Assembly: GCF_036321535.1 (NCBI RefSeq)
Contig: NC_087437.1
Span: forward strand, 35,528,001-35,592,000
DNA length: 64,000 bases
From: Camelus dromedarius
Taxonomy: Eukaryota
Reading direction: 5' to 3'
The first letter of the stretch is position 1; every line of letters starts with the position of its first letter. The notes under the pieces were generated by a model that did not search any database, was not told where the DNA came from, and worked only from the letters and a program-made list of their open reading frames with translations. Below are positions 25,111 through 38,120 of the stretch, piece after piece. A program made the position numbers and the translations under genes.

Positions 25111-26539
25111 ACATACTGAACAATTAAAATATGCTTTTCTAGTAGGGATCATATATCTTTGGCATTTATTCAGTTATTTCTTTTATTTATTCCTCAATCA
25201 TTTGTTTATTCATGTATTTGTTTTCAAATGGTTTTTTCTGAAAAGGTTGGAAGGTGTAGAACATTAAATATAATTTGGGGACTGGAATGACTTACTCGAG
25301 GCTCATTTGTGGATTCTTTTTAAAAAGTTACACAAATTAAAATTAATTCTCCAATGAAAAAATAGTAATCAGGATGAAATTTCCAGCTAGTTAGTTAGTT
25401 CTTCTTTTCACACATTGAAAAAACTTTCTTAATTTGTACTGGCTGAGAAGGTCATCTGATTTTATGAAGAGTCTAATTTATAGAATATTTAAAAAATATA
25501 ATTCAGTTTTGCTAGGTTAAAGGGGATAGAGATATTTTGTTGATGGGGTTCAGGAAGGAAGAGATGGATATATATATGTGTGTATATATATCTCTTTGAG
25601 AACTTGTTTTTATACACACAGATAACAATCACTAGTAATTAGCAATTCATTGCTTGAATGCAAATACTGCTGTTAAAGTGGTGATTGAAACAGTGGTTGT
25701 TCTTTACTCTTCAGTAGAAGAAACATTTTCTTCTTTGCACAATTGGTTTGCTAACAAATCTGTTTTATATTATGATGGTATAAAGGGAAAATCTGCCCAG
25801 CACTTCTAAAATACCAAAAATTCTTAGAGCCCTTACAAATGAAACATGACACATATTTTATTCAATTTGCTTTCATAAAGCAAAAGAATTCGTGTAATAA
25901 AACAATCTTCCTTATTATGTCCTTAAAACCTGAATTCAAATTTAACTTCACGTGGTGTCTCCAGCAGATGTTCTCCCTCGTGATGATTTCTGTGGTGACT
26001 TTCAGTTCAGAATAGCCTTGAATCTCTAATGAAAAATGTTCAAAGTAATAAGATGGAAGAGAAGCACTAAAATATACTTGGAGATAGAAATTGAAATCAT
26101 TTTGTCTGAATGTATCAGGTTAGAAGTTGCCCTAGTTACTGATTGCTGCTATTAGATACTTCCCTTGCACAAAAAAAGCCAGTTATTGATTTTTTAATTT
26201 GAATTTCTTTTTAAATAATTGATTGCCTCTATTGTAGATCCTTAACTCAGCTTATGAAAATCCAGTGTAATAGGCATCGCCTACTCTTCTAATGCCTGCC
26301 TTATGTTTTGCTTAGTTTACTCACCCCTGCTAACCTAGAAACTATAATAGTCATGGAACATGTAAAATTCAGAAGTATCCTGTTTTATGTTGAGGTATTG
26401 ACAGTATGTTTCAGCTGCTGTTAATGATACCTTGATTTACCTTAAACTGTCCATTGCAAAATTATAGTTCCTAGCATCTTAATTCTATTTTTATATTTAT
26501 AAGTCTTTACTCACAATACTACACAGAGAAACAAACATG

Positions 26540-26629
26540 CCTGTCACTCAGGAAATTCTAAGAGCTTTTGATACTCCTTGCCAGAAACCTAAGGCAAAAG
26601 CCAGGCAAATTCTTTCTTATACTCCACAT
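26540..26629 (-). mobile_element. MER21-like LTR terminal fragment
   Basis: tcactcaggaaattctaagag...ccagaaacc...ccaggcaaattctttcttatactccaca. Confidence 0.5.
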
Positions 26630-26736
26630 AGATACTATACCTAAATTAATTAACTAATTTAGTAAAAAATTTGAGTGCCTACTGTGTACTAGGTACTGTT
26701 TTAGTAATCTGAAAATGAAGCCAAACAAATCTGCCT

Positions 26737-28018
26737 ATGTAAAACTATAAAACTCCTGAAAGATAACAGGAGAAAACGTAGATGACCTTGGATATAGCAG
26801 TGACTTTTGGGGTATAATATCAAAAGAGCCATCTATAAAAGAAAAATATTGATAAGCTAGACTTTATTAAAATGAAAGCTTTGCTCTGTGAAAGACAATG
26901 TCAAGAGAATAAGATCAGACACAGACTGAGAGAAAATATGTGCAAAAGACACATCAGATGAAGAATATTATGCAAATATATACATAGAACTCTTAAAACT
27001 CAACAAGAAAATAAATAAGGCTAAATAAAAAAAGACCAGAGACCTTAACATCTCACAAAAGAAGATAGATGGCAGGTAAGCATATGAAAAAAATTCTTCA
27101 CATCTTATGTTATCAGGGAAATGCAAATTAAAACAATGAGATACTATAGCATACATATTAGAATAGTCATAAAAACTCAAACACTGACAACAAATGTTGG
27201 CAAGGATGTGGAGCAATGGGAGCTTTTGTTCACTGTTGATGCGAATACAAAATAGTACATCCACTTTGGAAGATGGTTTGGCAGTTTCTAACAAAGCTAA
27301 ACATAGTCACCATATAATCCAACAATCCTGCTATTTGATATTTACCTGAATGAATGGAAAATCTGTGTCCACATGAAAACCTGCACACAGATGTTTAATA
27401 GCAGCTTCATTCTCAATTATCCAAACTTGAATGCAGCCAAGATGTGCTTCAATAGATGAACGGGTAAACTAATGGTGATAATACAATGGAATATTATTCA
27501 ATGTTGAAAAGAAATCAGCTAGCAAGCCATGAAAAAATGTGGAGGAACCTTAAATGCATATTGCTGAAAGAAAGAAGCCAATCTGAAAGTCTACATACCA
27601 TATGAATCCAAACATATGGATTCTGGAATCCATTCTGGAAAAGCCAAACTATGGAGACAATAAAATTATCAGTGGTTACCAGGGATTGGGATAGAGGCAA
27701 TGGATAGGCAGAGCACAGAGAATTTTTAAGGCAGTGAAAATACCCTGGGTAATATCGTAATGATGGATATGTGTCATTTGTCCAAACCCATAAAATGTAC
27801 AACACTAAGAATTACCCTTAAAGAAGACTACAGGCGTTGTGTGATCATGATGTGTCAGTGTAGCTTCATCAACAGTAACAAACATATCACTCTGGTGGGC
27901 GACGTGGATAATGGAGGAGGTTATGTATGTGTGAGGGCAGGGCCTGTATGGGGAATCTCTGTCTCTCAATTTTGCTCTGAACCTAAAATTTCTCTCAAAA
28001 ACATAGTCTGTATTAGAA
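26737..28018 (+). mobile_element. L1MC1-like 3' portion (ORF2 end + 3' UTR) inserted in an antisense L2
   Basis: aaaactataaaactcct, gaaatgcaaattaaaacaatgagatac, and the L1MC 3' UTR (ccttaaatgcatattgct, cactctggtgggcgacgtggataatggagg, ctcaattttgctctgaacctaaaa). TSD aaatctgcct (26727-26736) vs aaatctacct (28019-28028). Confidence 0.9.
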
Positions 28019-28028
28019 AAATCTACCT

Positions 28029-28340
28029 GTAAGGGTTTATTATCTAGTGGAAGTGGGTGTGGGAAAGGCACAGGCAATAACTAAATGAATAAATAACAGG
28101 ATATTTTACAGCATAGTCAAAGCTAAGGAGAATTAATAATAGAGGAAACTAGAGAGTGGCAGGGCAGGTGTGGGGCAGAGGGCGCTGCTTTTTTAATAGA
28201 GTAGTCTCCATAAGAAGCCTCATTCTGTGATCTGAATGAATGGTGGGGATATCTGGGAGAAGACTGTTCCAAGCAGAGGGAACAGATGGTGCAAAGACTC
28301 TGAGGCAGGAGCACACTTAAATGTTGGAGTAAGAGCAAAT
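28029..28340 (-). mobile_element. L2 fragment (continuation of 26665-26736)
   Basis: atctagtgg...atctgggagaagactgttccaagcagagggaacagatggtgcaaagactctgaggcagga. Confidence 0.75.
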
Positions 28341-30869
28341 AATCAGATCTCCCAGATAGCTTTTTTAAATGTCGACTGAGCTTGTATAAAGATTATATAC
28401 AGAAACACTTAGGATAAAATCAATATAATATAAAATACTGTGAAAATGGCGATACTAACAGTGGAAGAAAGACTTATTTCAGTATATAAAACCACCTGGA
28501 CTAAATCAGTGACAACAGAGGAATAGCAAATGTCACAGTTGATCTTGGAAGCCTTTGGCTTTAGAAACTGTGCAGGCTTTGTGTGGTCCGTCTTTGCTTT
28601 ACTATGGTAGTAACTCTTCAGTATGGTTTTATATATTGCATTATCAAGATTTAAAAGCTTTGAGAAGGAAATGCCTATGAAATAAGTTATCATATAACTG
28701 ATACAAATCTGATCTAACTTGGGAATCGCTTTCTAAATATTCTTTCTAGAAAGTGAGAAAACCAGGGTTAGACAAATGCTTATCATACTTTCATTATATG
28801 AAAATATCCAATTTGTTGGGGGGGGATTATTCCTTAGGAAACAACAATTTTACTGGGTATTTCTTTGACTTTTTTATTTGTTGGAAGTCAACTGTTACTC
28901 CTCAAATAGGTACATAATGATTTTTAACTCTAGCCTGGCATATTGTATGTGAATTTAAATTGTGTAGAGTTGATAAAATATTGAACTCACCACATTAGGG
29001 AATTTTCCCCTCTAATTTATTACTTTTTGCAGAGAATTAAATTCTATTCATTAATTCTGTCTGTATTTTTTGTGCAGTTCATTGTGTCTTATTACTACAA
29101 ATAAGCATATCAACACAGTACCCTCCTACAGCACATGTGTTCATGATCACTATGGTTCATGATCACTTTTATCACTAGTATTTCAACATGACAAACAAAA
29201 TTTACCCACTAGGTACATGTTTAAAGCAGTCACTTTTGGAGCCTGCCATGGCCAACAAGTGGAATCAGAAAGTTTGTTAAACTTTAATTTGAAATGGTCT
29301 TTTAGGATTGCAGCACATGTACATTCTTTGAAGACACATCAGAAGGGCCTGTCTTCATTCCTGCAGGGTAAATTTGAGTTTTGAAAATCAGGGAAAAAAA
29401 AAATCAGACTCAAAAGCGTTTTAAAAGGGGCAGAGGATGATCTAATAAATACTACTTTTGCAAAATAATTGAATAAATAGATATAACTGACTTCATTATT
29501 TGACTTCCTAGTTGGCTCAAAATTGGTTTCCGAAATAACTTGAAATTGGCCTTCTCCTATGCAGAGTTTAGAATCTCCTCTAGTGAGTGCTCCAAAAAAA
29601 TACCAATCCTTTAAAAATGGATATCCTGGTGTTTTTATCAAAATTATCACACATTATTCTTTGTAGTCAGAATTATTTACTCAGCATGACAGTAGAGGTA
29701 TACTTCACAAAGATATTTACAACTATCAAGTCTACTTTTGGTAAGTTTATTTGAAAAATGGTTATTTCTTCTATGGGACAATAGATCGATGAGAAGAATT
29801 CTAGTAATGATAGTGAATTATTTGACAATTCAAAATTTTAAATGGCAGATATACAATTATGTACTTAGCAGAAGTGTTTCTTGTTTTTAGAAGTGTTGAA
29901 CTTCAGTCAGTTGAGGTTGGTCATCATCAGTTTGAAGAGTGCTACTTTTTACTCCATTTTTCTTAAAGAGGTGTGTGTGTGTGTGTATTCATCCAACCAC
30001 ATATTTGGATTATCACACCTGAGGAGTAAGAGAGTTTTGTTTGAATATTTTTTTTTGAAGTTTGCTTCCATGCACTTTTCAATTAGGTAGAAATTTGTTT
30101 TATGCCTGCTCTGTGCCAGATAGTGTAGTAGGTAGTGCGTGGGACAGAAAATGATCAGGGTGCATTGGAGAATCTTCCATTAAATTTGGAAAAATAAAAC
30201 AGATATGTTTAACTAGACTCTGGTGTCCGTAAGTATCATCTCTCAGATACACTGCTATGAATACTGGAGAAGGGAGAGAGGACATCTGATTAGGAATATT
30301 GGGAAAGGCTTGAAATTGGCCTTGATAAATGGACTATGTTTTGATGAGCTTTACAAGTCAAGGAAGCATTATAAGTGAACAGGTGGGATTGAGAGAACAT
30401 AGATATATTTGGAGAAATTGTGACTAAGTCAATGAGATGACAATTTACACAACTTAAGACACTGGGGTTACTACAGTGCTTATGACTGGTAAGATTCTTT
30501 AGGCCAGCTGTTCAGGGCCCTGTATATCAAGCATAGAGTAATTAAACATGGTGGAAAACTGAATTTTTGATAGCACTCGAGTTGTGTTTTGGGGACATAA
30601 AGCTGGTAACAGGACACATTGAAACAAGGAGAAATCAAAGAGGGAGCCAGGAAGAGAATTCAGAGTTAATGCACTTCTGGACAAAGATGGTGGTTATCCC
30701 AGTTAAGTTTCAAATCTGGAATAATGAATGTCAAACTGAACGTGAAAGACAATGAAGAACAATTGTATAGGTTTAGGAAGAGCAATGGCTAGATTTATCT
30801 TGATTTGGTATTTTCGTTAATGTTGAAACCAGGCATGCATCTTGAGTGCTTATAAAAAAGACTTGAGAA

Positions 30870-31200
30870 GTGCTTCTGGTTTTCAGACCAGCATGTAAGA
30901 TTCTTAGAAGTCACCACTCCAGCCTAGCAACAAGTGAAAAGTTGAGCAAACTGCAAAATCAGCAATTTTTAGATCCCTCAAAGATGTGAGGTAACAGGGC
31001 AAACCAAAATTGGAGAGAAAGACAGATAGATACAGAGAGTCACAATTTACGGCAGCAGAAATTCATAAACAAAAACCAGTGACAAAGAAGCAATATCAGC
31101 CTGGGAAGGTATGGTGCACTGGCAGGAGACCAAGGGAGGTCCAGCTGCCCCTCTCTGGGGATGTCAGCAACAGAGGGGTCTGGAGTGAAGCTGAACATGA
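30870..31200 (+). mobile_element. Ancient L1M 5'-end fragment
   Basis: cttctggttttcagaccagcatgtaaga...gaagtcaccactcc...aacaagtgaaaagttgagcaaactg...ttagatcc...tgaggtaacagggcaaac resembles old L1MC/MD 5' UTR consensus sequences. Confidence 0.6.
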
Positions 31201-31538
31201 TTGAGAGAGTCATGCATGCTACTTTTGCAGACTGAATAAGCCAGACCAAATCAGTCAAACCTCCCACCACATACACAAATGTGATCTTCTCTTTGAGTCT
31301 CCTTTTCCCCCTTACAGAAGCAAACAGAAATATAGACCTTGAAAAATACTGGGAAAGACAGAACTTTACCCGAGCTACCCTAAGCAGGCAAGGCCATAGT
31401 TGTAACTTGTACTGGGTGAGAGGAGGATGCCTAAATGGATTTGAAATTAAAATTATAAACTGGATAGGACTAAGTTTTAGTAACTGAAACTGATGACAAC
31501 ATTATAGAAAGTCTAGGATGTAAAAGGATAGAAAAGTG

Positions 31539-32051
31539 TGTTACCGAGTCCAAACTCATGCTCACTTCATGACAGGCAAATAAATTGGGAGACAAGGTGT
31601 TGGGACAAGGAATAACAACTTTATTCAGAAACCCAGCAGACCAAGATGTCAGACCAATGTCCTGGAGAACCATCTTCCCCAAGTTGGAATTCAGGCTCCC
31701 TTTATACTAAAAAGGGGAGTGAGTGTGGTTGGTTATTGCAAACATCTTGCTGTCAGAATCTTGTTCTTGCAGCTGTCCATGTGGGTCGGGTCATGTTCCT
31801 ATAAACTCCCAACAAGACAACTGTTATTCTCTATACTGCAATTTTTTTAAATCTCTATGTGAATGGAACAAGTGTTATACCCTTAAAGGTCAGACCCTTG
31901 AGAATGGTCTCTCCTGTATATTTCAGGCTATAGGCAACATTCTTTTACAAAAGGTGCAGAACCAGGAAGACTAAGCCCAGGATACAGAACATAGAGTTAG
32001 AGCTAAAGGAACAGATTAAATATGGAGTCAGATTTGTTCTTCCCTATTACA
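31539..32051 (-). mobile_element. ERV1-class solo LTR (513 bp)
   Basis: TG...CA termini (tgttaccgagtcc...ccctattaca); antisense poly(A) signal tttatt at 31620; candidate 4-bp TSD agtg/aggg. Confidence 0.85.
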
Positions 32052-32101
32052 AGGGATATGTGTGAATCAAGGTAGGTCTTGAGACAGTAGTGTATATTGA
32101 G

Positions 32102-32690
32102 TGTATTATTTTTCTCTTCCTGAGTTACAGATCTTCACAAGTTTAGTGACTTAAAATGGCATGTTTATTATCTCACAGTTTCTAGGGGATCAGGAGTCTG
32201 GGAATGACTTAGACAGTTCCTTTACTCAGGGTCTCATAAGAGTGCAATCAATGTGTCAGATAGGCTGCATTCTCATCTGGGGCTCAGGGTCTTATTCCAA
32301 GCTCAGGCAGGTTGTTGGCAGAGTTCAGTTCCTTACAGTTGTGGAACTTATGCCCTCAGCTGCCCATCTCCGTAGGAAGTTCACAGCATCACTGTTTGCT
32401 GCTTCAAGGCCAACTAGAAAGCATCTCTGCTGCTTCAGGAAGGGCCAAAACACTCTTCGAAGGAACACATTTTATTAGGTCAGTCCCACCCAGGATAATG
32501 TCTTTAGAATAACTTGAAGTCACCTGAAAGGAATTTTAATTGAATCTGGAAATTACCTTCACTTTTGAAAAATATTATAACTTAATCATGGGTGTGACAT
32601 CAATTGTAGTCTCAGGCCAAGAGGTGTTATACAAGGGTGTGCCCCAGTGCATAAGAATTTGGGGGCCATCTTAAAATTCTTCCTACCACA
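32102..32690 (-). mobile_element. MLT1E/F-like MaLR solo LTR
   Basis: tgtatt...tttattatctcacagtttctagg...caggagtctggg...tctcatctggggctcaggg...gttgttggcagagttcagttcctt...ggggccatctta...cctaccaca. Confidence 0.85.
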
Positions 32691-34866
32691 AGGAGAATGT
32701 TGTCAGGAGAGTAAGACAGTGCATGCTTCATTTAAATTCAAATTCAATTTTATTTTAAACACTATAGGCCAAACAAAATACTGCTTAAGTTTATAGACTA
32801 CCAGTTTGTAATTCCTAGAGCAGTTAAGGAAAAAACTAAATCATTCATGTTTTCAATCCATTGAATTGTGACCCCTCAATAACCTTGTTACAGCTAAGAG
32901 ATAATGGATGCGTTATTTGTCAAAATGAAAAAGGCATTTGTTCAGGGTATTGAAACAGTCCATGTGCCAGTAAGCATGATCTTGATGAAATTTATCAGGT
33001 GGAAGCTCTTTCAAATCCAGAGATTGCCGGGTTTTTTAAAGTAGTGATTTTGAAGGACTTACGGTCTTATTGGGTCTTATTTACCATCTACAGAAATACT
33101 TTGCTGAGTTAATGTCAAATATCTTAACTCTATGTCTGAATAATGATGAAGAGGTCCTATTAATTACAATTCTTACCATATTACTAGGCACCATTTTATT
33201 ACTCAATGAAAATTGATTATTTTGCAAATACATTTTTTAGTACAGGAAAGAAGGAAGGGTTGGGAGTTTATTTCAGAAGCAACAGCATAAAACCTGAGTC
33301 TGGGAATGATAATTGTTTATTCAGTGAACTTACTTATTCTCTTCTGAAACAAAAATTTACATTTATCTTTGCATTGTTTTTCTGGAAAGAAAAGGGTTAG
33401 CCACAGTTACTTTTCATAACTGATTTCTGCAAAGTTTTTCCTGAATTAAAAAAATGTGTTGTGACTAACAGTTATTGAAAACATGTAATATGAATACATT
33501 TATTGCCTCTCTTTGTTATTTAGAAAGAGCACCAGATTATTACCACATAATTTATTCTCTGATAATTCTCTTAATAAGGCAATAAACTTCCGAAAGTGGT
33601 TTTAAAAGCCCTTCTGGCTGAAAAGTGTCAGTGAGAAGAAGCTGTAGACCTAAACAACTTTCCCATTTCTTTGGATTTTATGTTTTTAATAATAAAGTGA
33701 GTAGTTACTTGCTTGACAAGTTTATTGTCCTTATACAGTTGCCAAGTGAGAAACATTTCCAAGCTGACAGCAGGTATTAAAAATACCTACAAGTGATTCA
33801 AGCCATTAAGAAGTCATAAAACTTGAGATGTGGTGTTGCTGGGCTTTACTCTGGTGGCCAGGCTTCTCCTTAGAGCACTGGCCCCGAGCTGCTGCAAGTT
33901 GAGCTGGCAGACATTATAAGGTGAAAGCATTAATTTTTAATGGAAACTGTCAGTTTTTTCCCCACTCAAAAGAAGGCATTTTCTTTATATCTAAATATTT
34001 GAAGCGATTCATCAACTAATCTGGATTAAGAATAGAGAGAACCACAAATTGTTTGGTGTTCCTCTGAAAAATGGCCAGAGTACTCGTTAAAAGCAGTTCT
34101 ATCGCAATTTACTGAACCCCTATTTTCCTTTCATATTTTTGTTAGTCTACGAAAGGTAGGTATCCTTTCAGATTTCTTTGTAATGCGGATGCCTAGCAAT
34201 TTTCTTATCATTTGTTGAGGGTTGGGTTCCTTTAAAAGGCTTTAAAATGCTCTGGCTGAGGTTTGCTGAGGTTTTAAATCCAAATTACCTATAGGGTCCA
34301 GGAAGATGCTGTGAAATGTAAATTCGGAAGAAGGTTGAGCAACGGGGAGGATGAGATCTGTTGTGAACAGAACAGTGCCTGCCTCACCTAAAATACATGT
34401 TCCATTTTATTTTGAACAGACAAATCCAATGAAATACAGCTTAGATGTATAAGCCACCAGTTTGCAGCCAGTGATTGAAAAGACACCCTGATATCTCCAT
34501 AGTATAAAAGGAAGCAGGTTTAAACAAGAACATTTTCAAAGAACTTCTTATAAAATATTTCTATATCTATCTACTACTAGAAGAAAAAAATACTTCTTTA
34601 CTTTAAAACAGATGCTTACGTGACTTTGAAGCATCACTTAGTCTTAGGCAATGGCTTAAAAATTTTTGGAATTGCAACACCTTATTGTTAGGTTTATTTC
34701 AGTACACAACTTTAATTTTGCATATAATAGTTCAATGTGAAAACATTTTATATTAAAATGAAAAAGTAAGTGACTTTCATTTAAAAAATGGTGGAGACAC
34801 ATATTTATCTCTGTTCCTTTGCAAGTACCTCTAAAGTAACAGTAATAACATTCTCCTCCCCCCACC

Positions 34867-35388
34867 TTTTTTTTTGAAGTGTAGTTGATTTACAATGTTG
34901 TATTAGTTTCTGGTATATAGCATATTAGTTCAGTTTATTACACATATACACACACACACACACGTACATACTCTTTTTCATTACAAGTTACTACAAGCAA
35001 TTGAATATAGTTCCCTGTGCTATTCAGTAGGACCTTATTTATCTGTTCTATACATAGTAATTTGTATCTGCTAATCCCAAACTCCCAATTTATCCCTGCC
35101 CCTGCCTTTCCCCTTTGGTAACCATAAATTTGTTTTCTATATGTGAGTCTCTTTCTGTTTTGTAAATAAGATTGTGCCATTTTTTTTTAGATTCCACATA
35201 TAAGTGATATCATGTGATATTTGTCTTTCTCTGACTGACTGACTTTACTTAGTATGATCATCTCTAGCAGCTCATACAGCTCAATAAAAAAAAAAAAAAC
35301 CAATCAGAAAATGGGCAGAAGGTCTAAATAGACATTTCTCCTAAGAGATGGCCAGCAGGCACATGAACAGATGCACAACATCAGTAAT
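34867..35388 (-). mobile_element. Young L1 3' end with an inverted 5' segment
   Basis: Antisense 3' UTR at 34867-35267 joined directly to plus-strand ORF2 sequence cagctcatacagctcaat...atgggcagaaggtctaaatagacatttctc...cacatgaacagatg (35268-35388). Confidence 0.9.
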
Positions 35389-35519
35389 AATACTTTTTAA
35401 AGTGTATGTTAGTAAGAGTAAAAGGGCTGGGATGGGGCAGGTAACAGTGGATGAAGATTGGAGCGGTATCAAGGCAGTTTTTGAAGATAGGAAGGAGAGA
35501 GGTGGGTGGGAAGGAACTG

Positions 35520-35960
35520 GGAATAGAGAGACTGAAACCTAAGGGCATAAGTGGGTGCTGACGAGTGTCTGTTGATTCACTTGCCAAACCCTGGAAAAAC
35601 TCAGATTCAAAGAACCAGAGCACTAGAAAAACTCAGGTGGATAGTGTGGTGAAAACTTGAGGGAATATATGGAAGGGCTGAAAGGACTAGTCAGAGTCCT
35701 TGGGTACCTTTTCCCATTCCACACAGTAAAGTTATTAGCCCAGCCCTGCCCTCAAGAAAACTGGTGATTTATTTTCTGGAGCAATTACACGCTGGACTCT
35801 GGGACATCAGACACACAGGAAGGAGAGGCTGAGGTACTGTGCTGAAAACAGGTGTTTGGCTTCAAAGATACTGGCAGCCAGAGAAGTATCCCAGGCAGGA
35901 GCTTGGAGGTTTGAAGAAACTAAATCCTCTCAAAGACGTGTGTATGTTCATAGTGATACT
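35520..35960 (+). mobile_element. HAL1/L1ME-like 5' region, very degenerate
   Basis: tttattttctggag, tggactctgggacatcagacaca, ctgtgctgaaaacagg, ccaggcaggagcttggagg. Confidence 0.4.
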
Positions 35961-36029
35961 TGGGAATTCTTGACTAACCATGCAGCAATGAAGCTTGACA
36001 GTTCCAATAGTTCTTAGTACAAGCTTTAA

Positions 36030-36380
36030 AAAAATGTATGCATAATTACTAAGTTTTCATACAAATAGAAAAGTGGAGAAAATAACATAACACAACCTAT
36101 GAACATTACCAACATTTAAAAAGATGCGAATATTTGCCATATTAGCTTTAACATCTCCTCTTTAAGAAAAAGAAATTAGATACTGCTAAAATAGCATCCC
36201 AGACCCTTCATTTTCAGACCCTCCCTTACACCTGAACAGTACTGCTTTCCTGAAATTGCCTTCTATCAGTCCCATGCAAGTTTGCCTTTTTTTATTACAT
36301 TTATATCTCCATAAATACATAATTACTATTTTTTTGTGTTTAAAAATATTTATAAATTGTATTGTCATTGTATTTATTGG
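36030..36380 (-). mobile_element. Ancient L1ME-type 3' fragment
   Basis: aagttttcatacaaatagaaaagtggagaaaataacataac...aatatttgccatatt...ctttcctgaaattg...atatctccataaa...ttataaattgtattg. Confidence 0.5.
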
Positions 36381-36594
36381 ATTAACTCCAATTAGTCATA
36401 ATTTAACATGTATTGAATTATTACTATATGAATAGTAATACATTCATAATTAATATATCTTAATTATGTTATTTACAAATATATATTTGATTATGACTGA
36501 TTTGGATTAATCCAAGAGTCATTGTTTTTATGTTATACAATAGTTTTTATGTTAATAGAAACAACAGATTTATAGTTATCACATCACATATTAT

Positions 36595-37130
36595 ATATGC
36601 ATAAGAAAACTTGGAATAAAAATGAGCAAAATAAATATTAAAGAACAGTCATTTAATCTAAATAGTCATATTTACGGAGTGACATAGAAGTGCCCCCTCT
36701 GTAGCTACATATGTTATATTGTTGCCTTTGGGGATACTCTGTCAGCTTTTGAAGTAAATACTGGTATTTCTCCAGCAGATTCTGTCTTTTGATTTTCACC
36801 TGGTCAGTGATATCTCTGTGACCTCCATGGTGGATGCAAATGTAGACAAACATTTTAGACAAGTTATATGTTTGTCATTGACTTTCTTAATAAATGGAAA
36901 TTTGGCACTAATGTTTTTGAGAAATGTACTTCTTTTGGCTCATTGCTTTCAAAAAGGTTTACTGAGAAACAAAAGTTAGCAAGTATAAAGCAAATAATTA
37001 TAGATCAACAGCAAGTAAGTAATGCCTAAATTGCTGTAACCAGAATGTTCATACTATTCCATGAATACTGTAGAAGAATTGGTCAGCATCTCTATCATGC
37101 ATATATTTCAGACATTTAACCTGTAGCTTT
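36595..37130 (-). mobile_element. hAT-Blackjack-like transposon fossil covering the transposase N-terminus
   Basis: The minus-strand peptide ICIHHGGHRDITDQVKIKRQ resembles the hAT N-terminal zinc-finger motif FSIxHGGRxDITxHxKT; upstream aaatttccatttattaagaaagtc (KFPFIKKV); frameshifted. Confidence 0.6.
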
Positions 37131-37729
37131 TCACATTTCCCATTCACCCACTTGCCTGGTAGTACTGTTCATTTCACAGGTTCTGGAACCTGCCATAGCA
37201 CAACTTACTGGACACGAAGTCATGGAACAACCCATCTCCCATGACTATTGTTTAGATCAGAAGGAGGCGCCCACCTCTAGCTTCTGGCCTCTCTGACTCT
37301 TGTTTTATCAGCTAGCACATTGCATGCTGTACTGACTGGAAGAATTAGATTCATGTCTGCAAACTCTCCAAAAAACAGAAATGGGCTTTTACAAGTCATT
37401 GTTCAGAATTAACTATGTAACGTAATGAGAACTGCTCACTGAACACATCATACCCACTACTAGATGAGATCATGCTAGAAGCTGCAAGAACAGGGTGAAG
37501 GTCCACCAGTCCTTGGAGTTATGATCCTTCCTTATGAATTTTAAAGGATTAATAATTTGACCCCCATATTCTAGAGTAAAATAATTCTCAGTTTTACAAC
37601 AATCAGGTAAGCCATGGTCAATTAGACCACCTAATTTTGTTCCCATTGGCAATAAGAGATTTTATACTAATAAAGTATTTGAGAGTTACCTTGTATATAA
37701 AATCTATGTGGGTTTCTAGATTCTTGTAT

Positions 37730-38079
37730 CCCACAGATTGCTTCTGGGTTCATGTTTTCTCACTGGGATGTATGTTACTTAATAGTTCTTCCAGAGAGAG
37801 TCTAGGTTAATAACATTCTTAGACCTCATATATTTGAAAAAGATTTTTTTTTAATTTTTTTAATGTTTTGGCTGAGTATAGAATTCTAATTTCTTATTGA
37901 TTTTTCCATAAACCTTTAGATAATGTTATGCCATTGTTTTCTACATATATTGTTGATAATAAGAAATCTGCCAACTTTTAGATTCTCATTCATTTGTAGG
38001 TAAATTGTTTTACCTCTTTGGTAACTTTTAGGATTTTCTCTTTATTCTCGAAGTTCCTCAGTTTCTGTTTCTTTAAAGG

Positions 38080-38120
<41 letters not shown>

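Noticed and set aside
28409..28693. 94-aa minus-strand ORF in apparently unique sequence
   Set aside because: No recognisable family or splice context; cannot be supported.
29306..29367. Possible 62-bp exon (ttttag|gattg...cagg|gtaaat) with open frames
   Set aside because: Weak polypyrimidine tract and no recognisable peptide; such splice-like pairs are common by chance. It would need RNA-seq or conservation support.
37180..37296. Acceptor-like ttcatttcacag followed by a 38-codon open frame
   Set aside because: The peptide is unrecognisable, and there is no donor site or downstream poly(A) evidence.
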